From Lytechinus pictus (lineage: Eukaryota), in the NCBI RefSeq assembly GCF_037042905.1, contig NC_087251.1:46998001-47062000 (forward strand): a stretch of 64,000 nucleotides of DNA, written 5' to 3'. Below, piece after piece: positions 61,743 to 64,000 of this stretch. Position numbers and translations under genes: made by a program. Below the pieces are notes generated by a model. It saw only the letters and a program-made list of their open reading frames with translations. It was not told the DNA's origin and did no database searches. The stretch's first letter is position 1. Each line of letters begins with the position of its first letter.

Positions 61743-63054
61743 GTTTCAACTAACCCCGGTCTCCCATACCTGACAAATCAAATTTTGCGAGCACGCAGCG
61801 CGAGCAGAAAATGTTTATTTTCAGACCATAAAACAAAAAATTTTACAGAGCAATTTTTAAAAATCAATTTGTAAATCAAACAAAATAATGAAAGTTTGAT
61901 TTCCGAGCTGAAATATGTTTGGTATATTGAGTTCAAAATTTGATATTTTAAGCTCCATATTGAGCAAGATAAATCACCTAAAAGGCAATGCGAGCGCGAA
62001 AATTTTACATAGGGACATAAAAGATTTGTTTAAAGATCATTTTCCAAGTCTTCCCCTCATCTTAGTTCATTCAATCGTCTTCGTCCTCTTATGTTTCCCC
62101 CCTTTTTTGTGCTCCGCCAATGGGGGGGGGGCCCGGGCCCCCCTGGATCCGCCTATGGCTATGTGATATACATGTAGAATCTAGACCTATAAATTATGCT
62201 TGGATAGGTTTGGTGAAGTTAGTGGTCACTTATGCCTATGGGACAGGTGCAAAAGTCCCCCAAACCCAGGTTTACCACCCCCCCTTTTTTTTTTTACTAA
62301 CTTGCCTGCCCTGGAGCTGCATTAGCTTTTTATGCTTTTGTTTTCTGTGCACAGCTGATCAGAAAAAGGGACCAACATTATAATACATTCTACATTCAAG
62401 AACTGCTTTTTTCTGGAGAACCATCCTGTTTTTTAAATCAACAACCAATCATATAAAAATAGTATTCTGAAAATATATCAAATCAATTAGCATTAAATGA
62501 ACAACAAAGACATGAAATCGATCAGTAAAAGTCAATAAAAACATGAAAATAAATACAACATTCTAATAGTAATACACTGTCTGTCTGGCTAAAAACTAAT
62601 TTTGAATTCTGTGTGATCTAATTTGCATATTATTTCTTGCCCTTTTCGTTCTAGAACTTGCCTACATTGCATTGCACACAAAAAAGCCGAAAATGAATTG
62701 AATATATGCAATAATAAACGACAGATGCTTTTCTGAAGAGATAGTCCATATTCTAAGACACAAACTATGCATGTTTGTAATTTTCTTTAGCCAAAATATC
62801 CGTAAATAAAGGGAGCAAATACTCACAGTTCACACACACATGTTCTTGACAGGTACCGTATTTTGACAATCAATTATTATCAGGGGAAGTAATGAAACAT
62901 GGGACAATTACTATGAAATAATAAAAATAATTTTAGAATCTAAAACTATTTTAAAACTAGTATCAAAAGAAAATAAGTAGTATATTATTATCATATGGAT
63001 TACAAGGAAAAATTATTTCATACTTTTGTCATATTTCTAATGACAGTTTCAAAA

Positions 63055-63110
63055 TTGACCCCGTTATAAATCGACTCGCCTTATACCACGTGACATCTAG
63101 CCAATGATGT
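63055..63110. promoter_or_regulatory. Candidate promoter motif cluster upstream of TOP6BL
   Basis: CCGTTA (MYB-type site) 63061-63066, CACGTG E-box 63087-63092 and CCAAT 63101-63105 in a locally CpG-richer stretch; candidate 5'UTR donor gtgagt on the minus strand at 62826-62821. Confidence 0.35.
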
Positions 63111-64000
63111 ACGAGGACCCCCTGTGAAAAGAGATGTTGTTTCAAGTCTCAGCTGTGTGTGTAAACGTATACAGCCGCTGCATACATGCACTGCATATAA
63201 TTCAACGACGATTACCGCTAGATTTTCAGATGCGGATTCTCCTGTTGATCCCGGCTGGTAAACCCTATGTAAAACATGTAATTTACCGATTTTTCAATAT
63301 TTCCTGAAGGACCAAGAAGGAGAATTTGTACCAGTAAAGATAAACACCAAGTAAATCATCTGTGAGACTTCTAGAGGAAAATAATCATGGTAAAGTAGAC
63401 AACTTTGTAGGAATACATCGCATATTTCACGAAATGTTTTGCGTGTTTAGTCAATGGGCGCTGGGCTGGGCCGGGAGAGTGCAGAGTGCATGCCACTGGC
63501 ACTGCCAGTGGTGTTGACTGAGCTGAAGTGATGTGATCACTATTGCAATAATAAAATTGTTAACGTACTAATAGATCATCTATGCCGTGAGCTGAGTGAG
63601 TGTTCAAATCAACAAATGAGAATTCTAGCCTAACTAACATTTAGGTCGAGATTGCTAATCATTGTCTGATATGCTCCAATTTTTATTCTTATCATTTGCA
63701 TGAATCTTGTCTAGACTAGTAACTTGCTAATTGATCGATATCATCAAGCATGTCCATTGAAAACAAAAAAACAAGGGCATGAATGAAGGGCAAGTGAAGT
63801 GAACTTTGAAGTAAGTAAGTGTCAGCCGCTAGAGTGAGAGCAGAGGGTTGGTTGTTGGTGTTGGAGATGGGTTGGCGCTCTTCAATCTAGTATCTACAAG
63901 AGTAATGTTGTAACCGATTTTTATTGCAATTCCTGATCCGATCTGATTTTTCCCTTTTTTCTACATTTTTCCGAACTCAGATTTTTGACGAGTGGGAAAA

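Overview
AT-rich, repeat-laden metazoan genomic DNA, not prokaryotic. The repeat style suggests a marine deuterostome such as a sea urchin (inference only). Most of the window is one spliced gene on the minus strand. I assembled 14 coding exons by hand (60824 down to 5407; 1602 nt, 534 codons). All intron phases are compatible and there are no internal stops. The protein aligns along its length, from memory, with TOPOVIBL/TOP6BL (C11orf80), the TopoVIB-like partner of SPO11 in meiotic double-strand-break formation. The C-terminal exon(s) could not be placed with confidence. The frame closes only if the 17.4 kb intron at 30477-47883 is a minor-spliceosome (U12-type) AT-AC intron: donor ATATCCTTT, branch site TTCCCTTAATC, acceptor AC. 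That intron also has a possible in-frame GT-AG alternative (twintron-like). The introns hold many non-autonomous DNA transposons (TTAA/Kolobok-like, Harbinger-like, hAT-like, Helentron-like), CR1/L2 LINE 3' ends, SINE remnants, an 82-bp tandem array, microsatellites and several GC/CpG-rich unique islands that resemble enhancers. A 60-bp tandem array lies downstream of the last placed exon. Apart from the exon-overlapping ORFs, the supplied ORF track looks spurious.
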